A DNA stretch of 64,000 bases from Trichormus sp. ATA11-4-KO1 (GTDB lineage: Bacteria > Cyanobacteriota > Cyanobacteriia > Cyanobacteriales > Nostocaceae): positions 32,001-96,000 of the forward strand of contig JAHHIM010000065.1 in assembly GCA_019358915.1 (NCBI GenBank), written 5' to 3'. The notes beneath the pieces are model-generated. The model was not told the origin of the DNA, searched no databases, and was given only the letters and a program-made list of their open reading frames with translations. The first letter of the stretch is position 1. Every line of letters begins with the position of its first letter. Below are positions 38,544 through 49,224 of this stretch, one piece after another. A program made the position numbers and the translations under genes.

Positions 38544-40688
38544 ATGTACTCCAGAATACGCAAACCATCCCAAAACGCTTCCTCTTCAGAACCATCCAGC
38601 AAAAATCCGTTTGCGCCACGCAGTTTTAAAGTTCCTACTCCAGAAGAAGTAACGTCCCAACCTGAGCAAACACCCGATTTACAAACTACCAGACAGTTTG
38701 ACAATGGTTTTCCAGATGTCTCGATGTTTCTTCCGCGTCCTTCAGCACCAACACCACGAGTGCAGATGAAGTTAACCATCGGTCAGCCAGGGGATAAGTA
38801 TGAACAACAGGCCGATAAAGTAGCAGCAGATATAGTGCAGCAAAACCAGGGTGTGTCCCAGTATCAAAATCCTGTAGAGCCAGAACAGATTAACCAAGTC
38901 ATGATTCAACGTTGTTTGAATCTAGATGACCCATCTTGGGAAAAATGGACATTTTTTGGTAACTTCACCTCTTATGACCCCCAGCAAGCCAAGCAAGAAT
39001 TACAAAATACATTTATAGAACTCAAAGACCTAATTTCTCATATTGAGGAATCTGTCTCTGAACTCAAGGTAAATAACTTTTCATCAAAGATATCTCAGTT
39101 TAAAAAATTTATTGTTACAACCAAAGAAAAAACCAAAATTACATATCAAGAAGGTCAAGCTTTATTAAAACAAATCAAGCAACAAAAAGCTGCGGCAGTA
39201 AAACTTAAAGAAGAAGTTGCCACTGCTATCAAAGAGGAGGAAGCGAAAGAACAGCAACAGAAGGAGGAAGAAGAGAAAAAGAAACAAGCAGAACTTGAGC
39301 GACAGCAAGAAGAAGAACGTCAAAGACAAGAGGAAATCGAACGCCAAAAAGAAGAAGAAATTAAAAAGCAGGCAGAACTCAAACGACAACAAGAAGAAAA
39401 ACTTGCTGCTGAACAAGAGGCACAAAGACAAGAAGAAGAGAAGAAAAAACAAGAGGCAAGAAAACAGAAGGCAGCAGAAAAAAGGCGTATAGAGTTAGAA
39501 GAAAAACATCAGCAAGAAGCAGAAAAACAAAAGCAGTTGCAAATACAGCGAGAAGAGAGAAGGAAACGACAAGAAGAAGAAGAACAAAAACGAAAAGAAA
39601 TAGAAATGAAACGGCAGGAGGAAAGACTTAAAAAACAGGAGGAAGAACGTAAACGTCAGGAAGCAGAGCGAAAGAATAAAGAAGAAAAGATAATTCAGTT
39701 ACAAAGCGAAGCTAAACAACTAGAAACGCAAATAAAAAATAAATCAGTAAATGATGTAACCAAAGAGTTACAGAAGGCTTACATAAAAGAGTTTCATCAG
39801 GCTCGTTCACGTATACAAGGTAAAGATGCAGAAGCTGATCAAGAAGCCATAGAGGCATTTAAGATATTAATTCCAATCGCAACTCAAATTTATAACGAGT
39901 CGGAGAGTATCTCGGCAAACAACATGCAAATAGCACTGAACAATTCATATATTAACGGTCTGTGCAATAACCTCAAGCAGAAAATTCTGGCAGATAAAGG
40001 GATTAGTGAAGCGACATTAGAACTTGTCAGCCAATTCAAAAAAGAAGTTGGTAAAATATGTGAATATTACCAGAAAATCGCTCAGCTAGAGCAAGAAAAC
40101 AATACAATCCAACAGAAAGATATCTATCCACCTCAATTCAAAAAAGAAGCAAATCAAGTATTTACACAATTAGAAACAGACAAAAATAACTATGACAAAA
40201 ATCAATTAGCACAATCTATCGCCCAATTTAAAAGAGACCATGTTGAGAAATACTATGAATATATTAATAGAAAAGCTAAAGCTGAGGCTATGCACTTAGC
40301 CTATGAGCAAACAGTTGAAGGTCAATTTATGCAAAATCCATCTGTTGCAGCACTAGAAAAACTTGTTAACGATGGGGAAGTCAAAACAGGAGAAATTAAA
40401 AGAGCTTACATTTCAACTTGGGATGATCAGAAACAGGGTGAATTCTCAATCGAATGTCCGTTAGAAATAGGGCAAGAACAGTATAGAAACGTGGTAATTC
40501 ATGTTCACTGTAACTCTGACGGCAGTGCAAAAGACGGAAATGCTGCTCACTTTAAATTAGCCAATAACAAATATGATGGTAAGACTTGGGAACTGTCGAA
40601 AACATTGAGAGATGAGCTAATACCATCTGCATATGCAATGCGTAGTGCAGGGGAAAAAGATTTAGGTGACTATTTGGATAATTTTTAA
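38544..40688 (+). CDS. 714-aa coiled-coil protein with an N-terminal motif of eCIS-core (DUF4157)-associated proteins
   Basis: QMKLTIGQPGDKYEQQADKVA and IQR motifs, long E/K/Q/R helix, globular C-terminus with VIHVHC...AAHFK. Confidence 0.6.
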   Translation: MYSRIRKPSQNASSSEPSSKNPFAPRSFKVPTPEEVTSQPEQTPDLQTTRQFDNGFPDVSMFLPRPSAPTPRVQMKLTIGQPGDKYEQQADKVAADIVQQNQGVSQYQNPVEPEQINQVMIQRCLNLDDPSWEKWTFFGNFTSYDPQQAKQELQNTFIELKDLISHIEESVSELKVNNFSSKISQFKKFIVTTKEKTKITYQEGQALLKQIKQQKAAAVKLKEEVATAIKEEEAKEQQQKEEEEKKKQAELERQQEEERQRQEEIERQKEEEIKKQAELKRQQEEKLAAEQEAQRQEEEKKKQEARKQKAAEKRRIELEEKHQQEAEKQKQLQIQREERRKRQEEEEQKRKEIEMKRQEERLKKQEEERKRQEAERKNKEEKIIQLQSEAKQLETQIKNKSVNDVTKELQKAYIKEFHQARSRIQGKDAEADQEAIEAFKILIPIATQIYNESESISANNMQIALNNSYINGLCNNLKQKILADKGISEATLELVSQFKKEVGKICEYYQKIAQLEQENNTIQQKDIYPPQFKKEANQVFTQLETDKNNYDKNQLAQSIAQFKRDHVEKYYEYINRKAKAEAMHLAYEQTVEGQFMQNPSVAALEKLVNDGEVKTGEIKRAYISTWDDQKQGEFSIECPLEIGQEQYRNVVIHVHCNSDGSAKDGNAAHFKLANNKYDGKTWELSKTLRDELIPSAYAMRSAGEKDLGDYLDNF

Positions 40689-40748
40689 AGTTTGATAGTC
40701 CTGTACTATTTCAAGAAGTTAAATGTTAACATTATGATTTGATCGCGA

Positions 40749-41246
40749 TTATTCCATTAAATCATCCGTTACAGGTTCACCAGGATAAAAGCGATCGCTC
40801 TGAATTTCTGTCAAACTATATAGGGCTTGCTGGGGAAAAGTTGAGAATGGCAAATTAGTTTCACCTGATGCTAAATCTCTGGCATTTTCGTAGGCTTCTG
40901 GTAATGCTTCTTCAATGTAAGGCTTCAGGCTGGGATTCTCGCTCAATAACTTGATAATTTCCCGCCGTTGTACTCTAATTGTTGATAACCAACTACGACT
41001 GCGTTTTGCTGATTGAAATTCCCACTTTAGTAAATGTGCAATTAAAATACTCAAGCGATTTCGTAATTCTTGACGTTCCCTTTTCCCCAAAGATGCGATT
41101 TCCTCGATTAAATTGGGCAAATCAAGCTGATTCCATTCCCGTTCATGCAGTAAATTGACTTGTTGCTGAGTCCAGGCGTAAAAGTCACTTTCATAGAGAT
41201 TGGCTTTCAGGTTTGTCGATGATGTTCCGGTTTGTGGTGTTTGCAT
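40749..41246 (-). CDS. DUF29 family protein (copy 2)
   Basis: LYE.DFYAW, DLPNLIEEI..LG, HLLKW, SW..TI..QR, NPSL. Confidence 0.9.
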   Translation of the reverse strand: MQTPQTGTSSTNLKANLYESDFYAWTQQQVNLLHEREWNQLDLPNLIEEIASLGKRERQELRNRLSILIAHLLKWEFQSAKRSRSWLSTIRVQRREIIKLLSENPSLKPYIEEALPEAYENARDLASGETNLPFSTFPQQALYSLTEIQSDRFYPGEPVTDDLME

Positions 41247-41250
41247 TCTT

Positions 41251-41748
41251 TCACTCCATCCAATCATCACTTACAACTTCACCTGGATAAAAGCGATCGC
41301 TCTGAATTTCTTCTAGAGTATAAGGACAATCTGGGGGAAATGTCTTCAAAGGTAAGTTGGTTTCTCCAGCCGCTAAGGCAGTTGCTTTGAGGTAAGCTTT
41401 TGGCAGCATTTCTTGTAGGTAGGGTTGGAGACTGGGGTTTTCTGTCAACAATTCCCACGTATCTATACGCTGGATACGAATTGTATTCAACCAACTCCGA
41501 CTGCGTTTGCTTGATTGAAATTCCCACTTTAGTAAATGTGCAATTAAGATACTGAGGCGATTTCGTAACTCTTGACGTTCCTTTCTGCCCAAAGATTCAA
41601 TTTCCTCGATTAAATTGGGCAAGTCAAGCTGGTTCCATTCCTGTTCATGCAGCAGGTTGACTTGTTGCTGAGTCCAAGCGTAAAAGTCTGTTTCATAGAG
41701 GTTTGCTTTCAGGTTTGCCGATGATGTTCCGGTTTGTGGTGTCTGCAT
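41251..41748 (-). CDS. DUF29 family protein (copy 1)
   Basis: Same motifs; tandem paralog. Confidence 0.9.
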   Translation of the reverse strand: MQTPQTGTSSANLKANLYETDFYAWTQQQVNLLHEQEWNQLDLPNLIEEIESLGRKERQELRNRLSILIAHLLKWEFQSSKRSRSWLNTIRIQRIDTWELLTENPSLQPYLQEMLPKAYLKATALAAGETNLPLKTFPPDCPYTLEEIQSDRFYPGEVVSDDWME

Positions 41749-41816
41749 GGTCAAAACCTGGGGGATATTCTTTCATTTTAATGGAGATGCGATCGCCTGT
41801 CATATCTCCTACAAAA

Positions 41817-42944
<1,128 letters not shown>

Positions 42945-43070
42945 TCATGGGCTGTTTTGAGTTTATATCAGGGATGGCTGAGAGCAAGTTTTTGTTGTTT
43001 TTTTGTTAACTTTGAACTATCTAAAAATTGGTACAATTTACATTTAGTGAATCAAAAATATAAAGGGTTT

Positions 43071-43649
43071 ATGACCGCAGCAGTCACAAAATTTACCCTT
43101 GAAGAATACCTTGCCTATGATGATGGCACAGATACCAAGTATGAACTTGTGGATGGAGAGTTGGTAGAAATGCCACCAGAAAGCGATAGAAATAACTTAA
43201 TCTCTCTCTATCTCCTGTCGCAATTTCTGAAATTTGTTCCCATTCAACTCATCCGCCATAAAGATACAGAACTTGTGGTGATAGGTAGTAGGACTCGTGT
43301 ACGACTCCCAGATTTAATGATTTTGACACAAGAATTATTTGAGGCGATCGCCGGCAGACGAGCGACAATTACTCCAGATATGCCTTCCCCCGCAATGGTA
43401 GTTGAGGTAGTCTCCCCCGGAAAGGTGAATGAGGATAGAGACTATCGCTACAAGCGTTCTGAGTATGCAGCGCGGGGTATCCCGGAATATTGGATTGTTG
43501 ATGTTCAAAAAGCCCGAATTACCCTGCTGGCTTTGGTAGATGGGCTATATGAAGAAACTGTGTTTCAGGGAACAGAGGCAATCAAATCAGTGATGTTCCC
43601 GATGCTGAATTTGACCGCAGCGCAAGTATTAACGGCTGGACAGGTCTAA
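43071..43649 (+). CDS. Uma2 family endonuclease-like protein
   Basis: ELVDGEL, R.PD, VVEVVSP, K..EYA..GIPEYWIVD. Confidence 0.9.
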   Translation: MTAAVTKFTLEEYLAYDDGTDTKYELVDGELVEMPPESDRNNLISLYLLSQFLKFVPIQLIRHKDTELVVIGSRTRVRLPDLMILTQELFEAIAGRRATITPDMPSPAMVVEVVSPGKVNEDRDYRYKRSEYAARGIPEYWIVDVQKARITLLALVDGLYEETVFQGTEAIKSVMFPMLNLTAAQVLTAGQV

Positions 43650-43709
43650 AGCGCAAAAATGAAATAGTACATTTATCTTTTTTGGCAAATAAATCCCATT
43701 AAAAAATTG

Positions 43710-43864
43710 GGCGTTGCATAAATGCGGGATGAATTGAGATAATTTGCCAAGGATAAACTTAGATTCTTTGCGACTTTGCGACTTTGCGCGAAATAAAATT
43801 CATCCCATTAATCTTCAGCAACAGTCCTATGATGAAGTCAGGTTATTGTTAAATATACAACGCC
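43710..43864. repeat. Degenerate MITE-like element with CTTTGCG-type STRRs
   Basis: ggcgttg...gggatgaatt paired with aattcatccc and caacgcc; boundaries uncertain. Confidence 0.4.
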
Positions 43865-44192
43865 AAAGTATGAATTTGTTTCACGCAGAGACGCAAAGGC
43901 GCAGAGAGTAAGAGTTTAAGAAGTGGACTTTGCCTGTGTAGTAGTGAATTATATTTGCCTAAAACATTTAAAACATCTCAATCTGCTTTTTTGTTCACTC
44001 AAATTCAGGTGGACAAAGTACTGCGATCGCTCATCTTGTACACTACATTTTATCTGGGGCTTGCGTCCAGGATGATAAAATTGCTTTTTTCTATGGGATT
44101 GGTACATTAGTTACAGGTGGGAAACCTGAATAATGATATCGATCCGCCATAATTTTGTTAACTTTGATCTTACCTCTACTTTCGCAAAGCTT

Positions 44193-45476
44193 ATGAACCC
44201 TGCCCTAACTAAAATTGGCGCTCAAATGTCCAACCTAACTGGCGTAAGAGCAATTATGAAGGACATTATCGAAACGTTAACAGCTGGGGCGGGGCAAGAA
44301 TTTATGAATTTAAGCGCTGGTAACCCGTTGATTTTGCCGGAGGTAGAACAGTTATGGCGAGATTGTACGGCGGAATTACTGGCTAGTTCAGAGTATGGCG
44401 AAGTGGTTTGTCGTTATGGTTCCAGTCAGGGCTATGCGCCACTAATTGAGGCGATCGCCAACGACTTCAACAAACGCTATGGTTTAAAGTTAACGGAACG
44501 TAATATCTTAATTACACCCGGTAGTCAAAGCCTCTACTTCTACGCTGCTAATGCCTTTGGTGGTTACACAACAAACGGTGACCTTCAACAAATCGTTTTA
44601 CCCCTCAGTCCCGATTATACGGGTTATGGAGGTGTTACTTTAGTTCCAGAAGCCTTAATCGCTTACAAACCCACGCTGGATATTGATGCAACTGCTCACA
44701 GATTTAAATATCGTCCAGATTTCAGCCAATTAGCAATTACAGAAAATACTGGTTGTGTCATCTTCTCTCGTCCCTGTAACCCCACGGGAAATGTCCTGAG
44801 TGACGAAGAAGTTAAAAAAATTGCTGCCTTGGCTGCGCCTTTCGATGTGCCAGTATTAATTGACTCAGCTTATGCACCTCCCTTCCCGGCGTTGAACTTT
44901 ACGGAAATGAAACCTGTATTTGGTGGTAATATTTTGCACTGCATGAGTTTATCAAAGGTGGGATTACCCGGTGAACGCATCGGCGTTGCCATTGGTGATG
45001 AAAGGATGATTCAAGTTCTGGAGTGCTTCCAGACAAATTTGTGTATTCATCCATCAAGATACGGGCAAGCGATCGCATCTCGTGCTATCAATTCTGGTGC
45101 TTTACCGGAAATCGCCGCAGATGTTATCCGTCCTTTCTATCAGCATAAATTTGCTGTATTAGAAGATACTTTAGATGCAGCAATGCCTCAGGATTTACCT
45201 TGGTTCTTGCATCGTGGTGAAGGGGCGATATTTGCTTGGTTGTGGTTACAGGATCTACCAATAACTGATTGGGAATTTTACCAGCAACTCAAGCAAGTGG
45301 GTGTAATTGTTGTCCCTGGTAGTACTTTCTTCCCTGGTTTGCGGGAAGAATGGCAACACAAGCATCAATGTTTACGTATTAGTTTAACTGGTAGTGATGA
45401 GGAGATTGTCACGGGAATGCAACGTTTAGCAAAAGTGGCTGAACAAGTTTATCAGCGTGCTGTTGTGAGTGCCTAA
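44193..45476 (+). CDS. avtA: Valine-pyruvate transaminase
   Basis: [31 protein letters not shown]. Confidence 0.92.
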   Translation: MNPALTKIGAQMSNLTGVRAIMKDIIETLTAGAGQEFMNLSAGNPLILPEVEQLWRDCTAELLASSEYGEVVCRYGSSQGYAPLIEAIANDFNKRYGLKLTERNILITPGSQSLYFYAANAFGGYTTNGDLQQIVLPLSPDYTGYGGVTLVPEALIAYKPTLDIDATAHRFKYRPDFSQLAITENTGCVIFSRPCNPTGNVLSDEEVKKIAALAAPFDVPVLIDSAYAPPFPALNFTEMKPVFGGNILHCMSLSKVGLPGERIGVAIGDERMIQVLECFQTNLCIHPSRYGQAIASRAINSGALPEIAADVIRPFYQHKFAVLEDTLDAAMPQDLPWFLHRGEGAIFAWLWLQDLPITDWEFYQQLKQVGVIVVPGSTFFPGLREEWQHKHQCLRISLTGSDEEIVTGMQRLAKVAEQVYQRAVVSA

Positions 45477-46176
45477 GATCATGGGAACGAACCGCGAAGG
45501 CGCGAAGGGCGCGAAGAAGAAGCAGGGGAGCAGGGAGCAGGGCTTCCGCCGTGAGCGTCAGCCGAACGGAGCAGGGGGGAAGTTTACCAACCTATTCCCT
45601 ACTCCCGATGAATGGCTAGAAATTGGTAAGATTGTTGCGCCTCAAGGGTTGTCTGGGGAGTTGCGGGTGTATCCGCAATCGGATTTTCCGGAACGGTTTG
45701 AAGTTCCGGGTAAACGTTGGTTATGGCGTCCGGGGGAGAGGGAACCGCAGCCTGTGGAGTTGTTGGGAGGGCGTTATATTGAAGGGAAAAATTTGTATGT
45801 GATTGAGTTAGCTGGTGTAGAAAATCGTAACCAAGCTGAGGAGTTGCGCGGTTGTAAATTGATGGTACCAACAAGTGATCGCCCCCAATTGGGTGAAGAT
45901 GAATATCATGTCATCGATTTGATTGGTGTGGAAGTCTTTATGCAAGAAACTGGGGAACTTGTGGGTACTGTGGTAGATGTGATTCCGGCTGGGAATGATT
46001 TACTGGAAGTACAGTTGCATCAACAAAATGAAGCTGTTAAAGGGGAAAAATCAAAATCTCCTAAGACTATTTTGATCCCCTTTGTCACTGCGATCGCTCC
46101 CGTGGTAGATTTGCCAGCGCATCGGATTGAAATTACTCCACCCCCTGGTTTACTGGAACTAGGAACTGGAGGCTAA
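45469..46176 (+). CDS. rimM: Ribosome maturation factor RimM with repeat-derived N-terminal extension
   Basis: [39 protein letters not shown]. Confidence 0.92.
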   Translation: MPKIMGTNREGAKGAKKKQGSREQGFRRERQPNGAGGKFTNLFPTPDEWLEIGKIVAPQGLSGELRVYPQSDFPERFEVPGKRWLWRPGEREPQPVELLGGRYIEGKNLYVIELAGVENRNQAEELRGCKLMVPTSDRPQLGEDEYHVIDLIGVEVFMQETGELVGTVVDVIPAGNDLLEVQLHQQNEAVKGEKSKSPKTILIPFVTAIAPVVDLPAHRIEITPPPGLLELGTGG

Positions 46177-46228
46177 AGACTAGAGGCTAAGTTAATTTTC
46201 TCCCTCATCCTCCTCATCTCCCCACTCC

Positions 46229-47227
46229 CTACTCCCTAATTTCCAGTAGCTGCTGGGCCACGCCACCTTGCTCAGAAAGTATTAAAGTTGTTGCAGCCAT
46301 TGCGATCATACCAACCATGACTAGCACCAGCACAGCTGTTCGTTGTTTAGATTTTATGGCTGCGACTAACATGTCTATAGTGGTAGTACCAGTAACTTGA
46401 ATTGGCTGGAGTGCTTTTAAAGCAATACCAGCATTGGCATAACGATATTTCCACTTATATTCCACCATTTTTGTCAACCAAGAGCTAAAACGCGGATTAA
46501 GTTGGGGAAATAGTTTCTGACAATTAAAGCGATACTTATGATCTATCAATTTACCAAGATCAACAGAACGAGTATCAGTAAGTAAGCAAATCAGTGTTAC
46601 TCCTAAACTATACAAATCTGAAGCTTGAGTGAGGGTATAACCAAACTGTTCCTCAGGTGGCATAAAACCGGGAGTTCCAGAAGCAAAGCAGCTTAAAGCC
46701 ATTTTCTGACCCTGTAATCTAGCCAAACCAAAATCAATTAAGTATGCATTTAATTGCTCATCAACTAAAATGTTTTCTGGTTTAATATCCCGATGAATAA
46801 TTGGGTTTACTCGCTGTTGCAGATAAACCAAAATCTCTAAAATTGACACAGCTATTTGTTTGATTTCTTCTGGTTTAAAGCTGCGTTGTCCACCAAGTGA
46901 GGGAGCGTTTTTATACTCCTGTACTAGATAAAATCCCCCTGGCATTTCAAAAGAGTCTACGTAGCGAGGAATACGGGGATGATGAAGTTGCTGTAGGATT
47001 TCAATTTCACGTTCATAAGTTTTAAAACCTGACCAGTCAGCACTCGTGCTGGCAAAACTGAATTCTTTAATTACTACCTGTTGATTAGATTTACAGACAT
47101 TAGCCAAGTAAGTAATACGTCCTTCTGCTTGGTTACGTCCTAGTTCTCTAATGACTTGATAGCCTAACTGGGAAAAATTGGGATGATTTGCCTCTCGAAT
47201 ATGCACATCAAGCTCCATTGAACACAC
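46229..47227 (-). CDS. Ser/Thr protein kinase with C-terminal TM helix
   Basis: VVIK, HRDIKPEN, DFG, GTPGFMPPEE, SDLYSLG. Confidence 0.92.
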   Translation of the reverse strand: MCSMELDVHIREANHPNFSQLGYQVIRELGRNQAEGRITYLANVCKSNQQVVIKEFSFASTSADWSGFKTYEREIEILQQLHHPRIPRYVDSFEMPGGFYLVQEYKNAPSLGGQRSFKPEEIKQIAVSILEILVYLQQRVNPIIHRDIKPENILVDEQLNAYLIDFGLARLQGQKMALSCFASGTPGFMPPEEQFGYTLTQASDLYSLGVTLICLLTDTRSVDLGKLIDHKYRFNCQKLFPQLNPRFSSWLTKMVEYKWKYRYANAGIALKALQPIQVTGTTTIDMLVAAIKSKQRTAVLVLVMVGMIAMAATTLILSEQGGVAQQLLEIRE

Positions 47228-47352
47228 TATTTGAGTCTGATTTTGTCAAGGTGCAATTAAAAAAAATAAGAGGTACTCACCCAGTATTGTTAGCCGCATT
47301 TTTACCCTGCTTATACAAAGACGTATAGTAAAGATGAAAAAAAGTCTTTGCA

Positions 47353-47379
47353 TCTACCCACGGGATAGACGCGGAGAAA
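47353..47379. terminator. Hairpin downstream of the alpha/beta hydrolase
   Basis: ggatagacgc-ggagaaa-gcgtctatcc. Confidence 0.6.
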
Positions 47380-47398
47380 GCGTCTATCCGCGAAATTA

Positions 47399-48289
47399 TT
47401 ATCCTTGCGCTAACCAATCAATGATCTGAGCGTTGACCACATCTGGAACTTCATCGTGGGGACAATGACCAGCGTTAGGAATGGGAATAATCTTGATGTC
47501 TTTGCCATTCTCACACGCCTCTTCATAAATCTTAGCCCCAGTAATTGGTGTCCAGGGGTCATCAGCACCCCAAATTACTAACAAGGGACGTTCTATTCTG
47601 GGCAATAGTTCCACTGGAGTAGGGCCAGGAGGTGCTGTGAGGATGGAAGCGAACACTTGTTGCGCACCGGGATCGCAAGATGGAGTATACAGAAGATCGA
47701 CTAATTCATCAGTGACGGCAGCGCGGTTGCGGTAAACTTGGTATAATGTGCGACGAATTTGCGATTTTTGGCGAATGCGGTTATAGACAAATTTACCTGT
47801 GATAGGCGATCGCACAAATCTGTTAAAAGCTGCCATAACTATCCGTAAGGGTGGATTCAACTCATGGGGACGATGACTCAACCCACCCGCAGAGTTAATT
47901 AAAACACCACCAGCAGCAATTTTGGGATGTTCTGCCAGTACCATCAAGCTTAAAAGTGCGCCAATGGAGTTGCCAATAAATACCGCAGGTTCTTGGATGT
48001 GTGCATGCCAAAAATCTTTCAGCAGTTCTACCCACACTTCTACGGTGTAATTAATTGGTGCTTTATCAGAACCACCAAAACCCAAAAGATCCAGCGCAAA
48101 AACTCGGTAGCCAGCACTGGCTAAAGCGGGAATATTTTTGCGCCAGTGTCCAATGGAAGCACCAAAGCCGTGAACCAATACTAAAGGGCGACCTGTACCC
48201 ATAACGGTATACTGGATTTTATAGCCTTGCCAAGTCCAAATCAGTTTTTCTAAGGTAACTGAAGGTAGCTGTTGTGTAGTTCCGGTCAT
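47399..48289 (-). CDS. Alpha/beta fold hydrolase
   Basis: HGFGAS, GNSIG, GHCPHDE. Confidence 0.92.
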   Translation of the reverse strand: MTGTTQQLPSVTLEKLIWTWQGYKIQYTVMGTGRPLVLVHGFGASIGHWRKNIPALASAGYRVFALDLLGFGGSDKAPINYTVEVWVELLKDFWHAHIQEPAVFIGNSIGALLSLMVLAEHPKIAAGGVLINSAGGLSHRPHELNPPLRIVMAAFNRFVRSPITGKFVYNRIRQKSQIRRTLYQVYRNRAAVTDELVDLLYTPSCDPGAQQVFASILTAPPGPTPVELLPRIERPLLVIWGADDPWTPITGAKIYEEACENGKDIKIIPIPNAGHCPHDEVPDVVNAQIIDWLAQG

Positions 48290-48389
48290 TATTAAAATTC
48301 GTAAAGTATTGTTCTATATAGTATTGTCGCTGAACACCAATAATTCTGGACATTCTTGTTAAACCACATAGTTGAGTTGAGGCTGCTTT

Positions 48390-49124
48390 ATGACTATATC
48401 TTCCAACCAACTCAAAACCGAGATTATCTACCCCGACTCTGACGGTAAGCCAATGGCGGAGAGCGATCCAACACGCGATTATCTGATCTATGGTGTAGAA
48501 GCCTTAGATATTTATTTCCAAGACCGAAAAGATGTTTATGTGTCAGGGAATCTATTTATTTACTATAAACAGGGTGTACCCAGTGCAGTAGTGGCTCCCG
48601 ATGTATTTGTGGTGTTTGGCGTAGAAAAGAAGAAGCGCCTTAGCTACAAGGTTTGGCAAGAAGCAGGTAAAGTCCCCAGTTTTGTTTTGGAAGTAACTTC
48701 TTTAACTACCCAAGAGAATGATGAAGAGGATAAACCCAAGAAATATGCACTTTTGGGTGTGCAAGAATACTTTCAATATGACCCCACAGGGGATTATCTT
48801 CAGCCACAACTCAAGGGTTCCCGTTTAGTTGCAGGTAAATATCACTCTATTGCACCAAGTATTTTACCTGATGGGATTTATTCAATTCATAGTCAAGTCT
48901 TAAATTTAGACTTAAGGCTGATTGACGGAGAATTGCGCTTCTATGACCCATACACCGGGAAAAAACTTTTGAGTTATCAGGAAACGGAACAAGCACGTCA
49001 AGCAGCAGAACAAGCAAGACGGGATGCAATACCCCGGTTATTGGAGTTAGGCTTGAGTGCAGAACAGATTGCAGATGCTCTTAGCTTACCTGTGGATGTG
49101 GTGAAGGACTTTATTCAAGAATGA
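48390..49124 (+). CDS. Uma2 family endonuclease-like protein
   Basis: YPDSDGKPMAES, APDVFVV, LEVTS, GVQEYFQYDP. Confidence 0.9.
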   Translation: MTISSNQLKTEIIYPDSDGKPMAESDPTRDYLIYGVEALDIYFQDRKDVYVSGNLFIYYKQGVPSAVVAPDVFVVFGVEKKKRLSYKVWQEAGKVPSFVLEVTSLTTQENDEEDKPKKYALLGVQEYFQYDPTGDYLQPQLKGSRLVAGKYHSIAPSILPDGIYSIHSQVLNLDLRLIDGELRFYDPYTGKKLLSYQETEQARQAAEQARRDAIPRLLELGLSAEQIADALSLPVDVVKDFIQE

Positions 49125-49224
49125 TAGAAAACAGTAAAATGTTAGTTTCATCGCCACAAAGGGATTAATAAGTCAAGGGATACTTACATTCCTATGACTT
49201 TCTAGCCGATTGGTACGGTGTGAG

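Noticed and set aside
39165..39492. Phe/Leu-rich and Lys/Arg-rich ORFs
   Set aside because: Alternate-frame artefacts of the purine-rich coiled-coil region.
43071..49124. Two Uma2 genes as a defence system
   Set aside because: Uma2 paralogs are very abundant in cyanobacteria, and these two are unlinked singletons.
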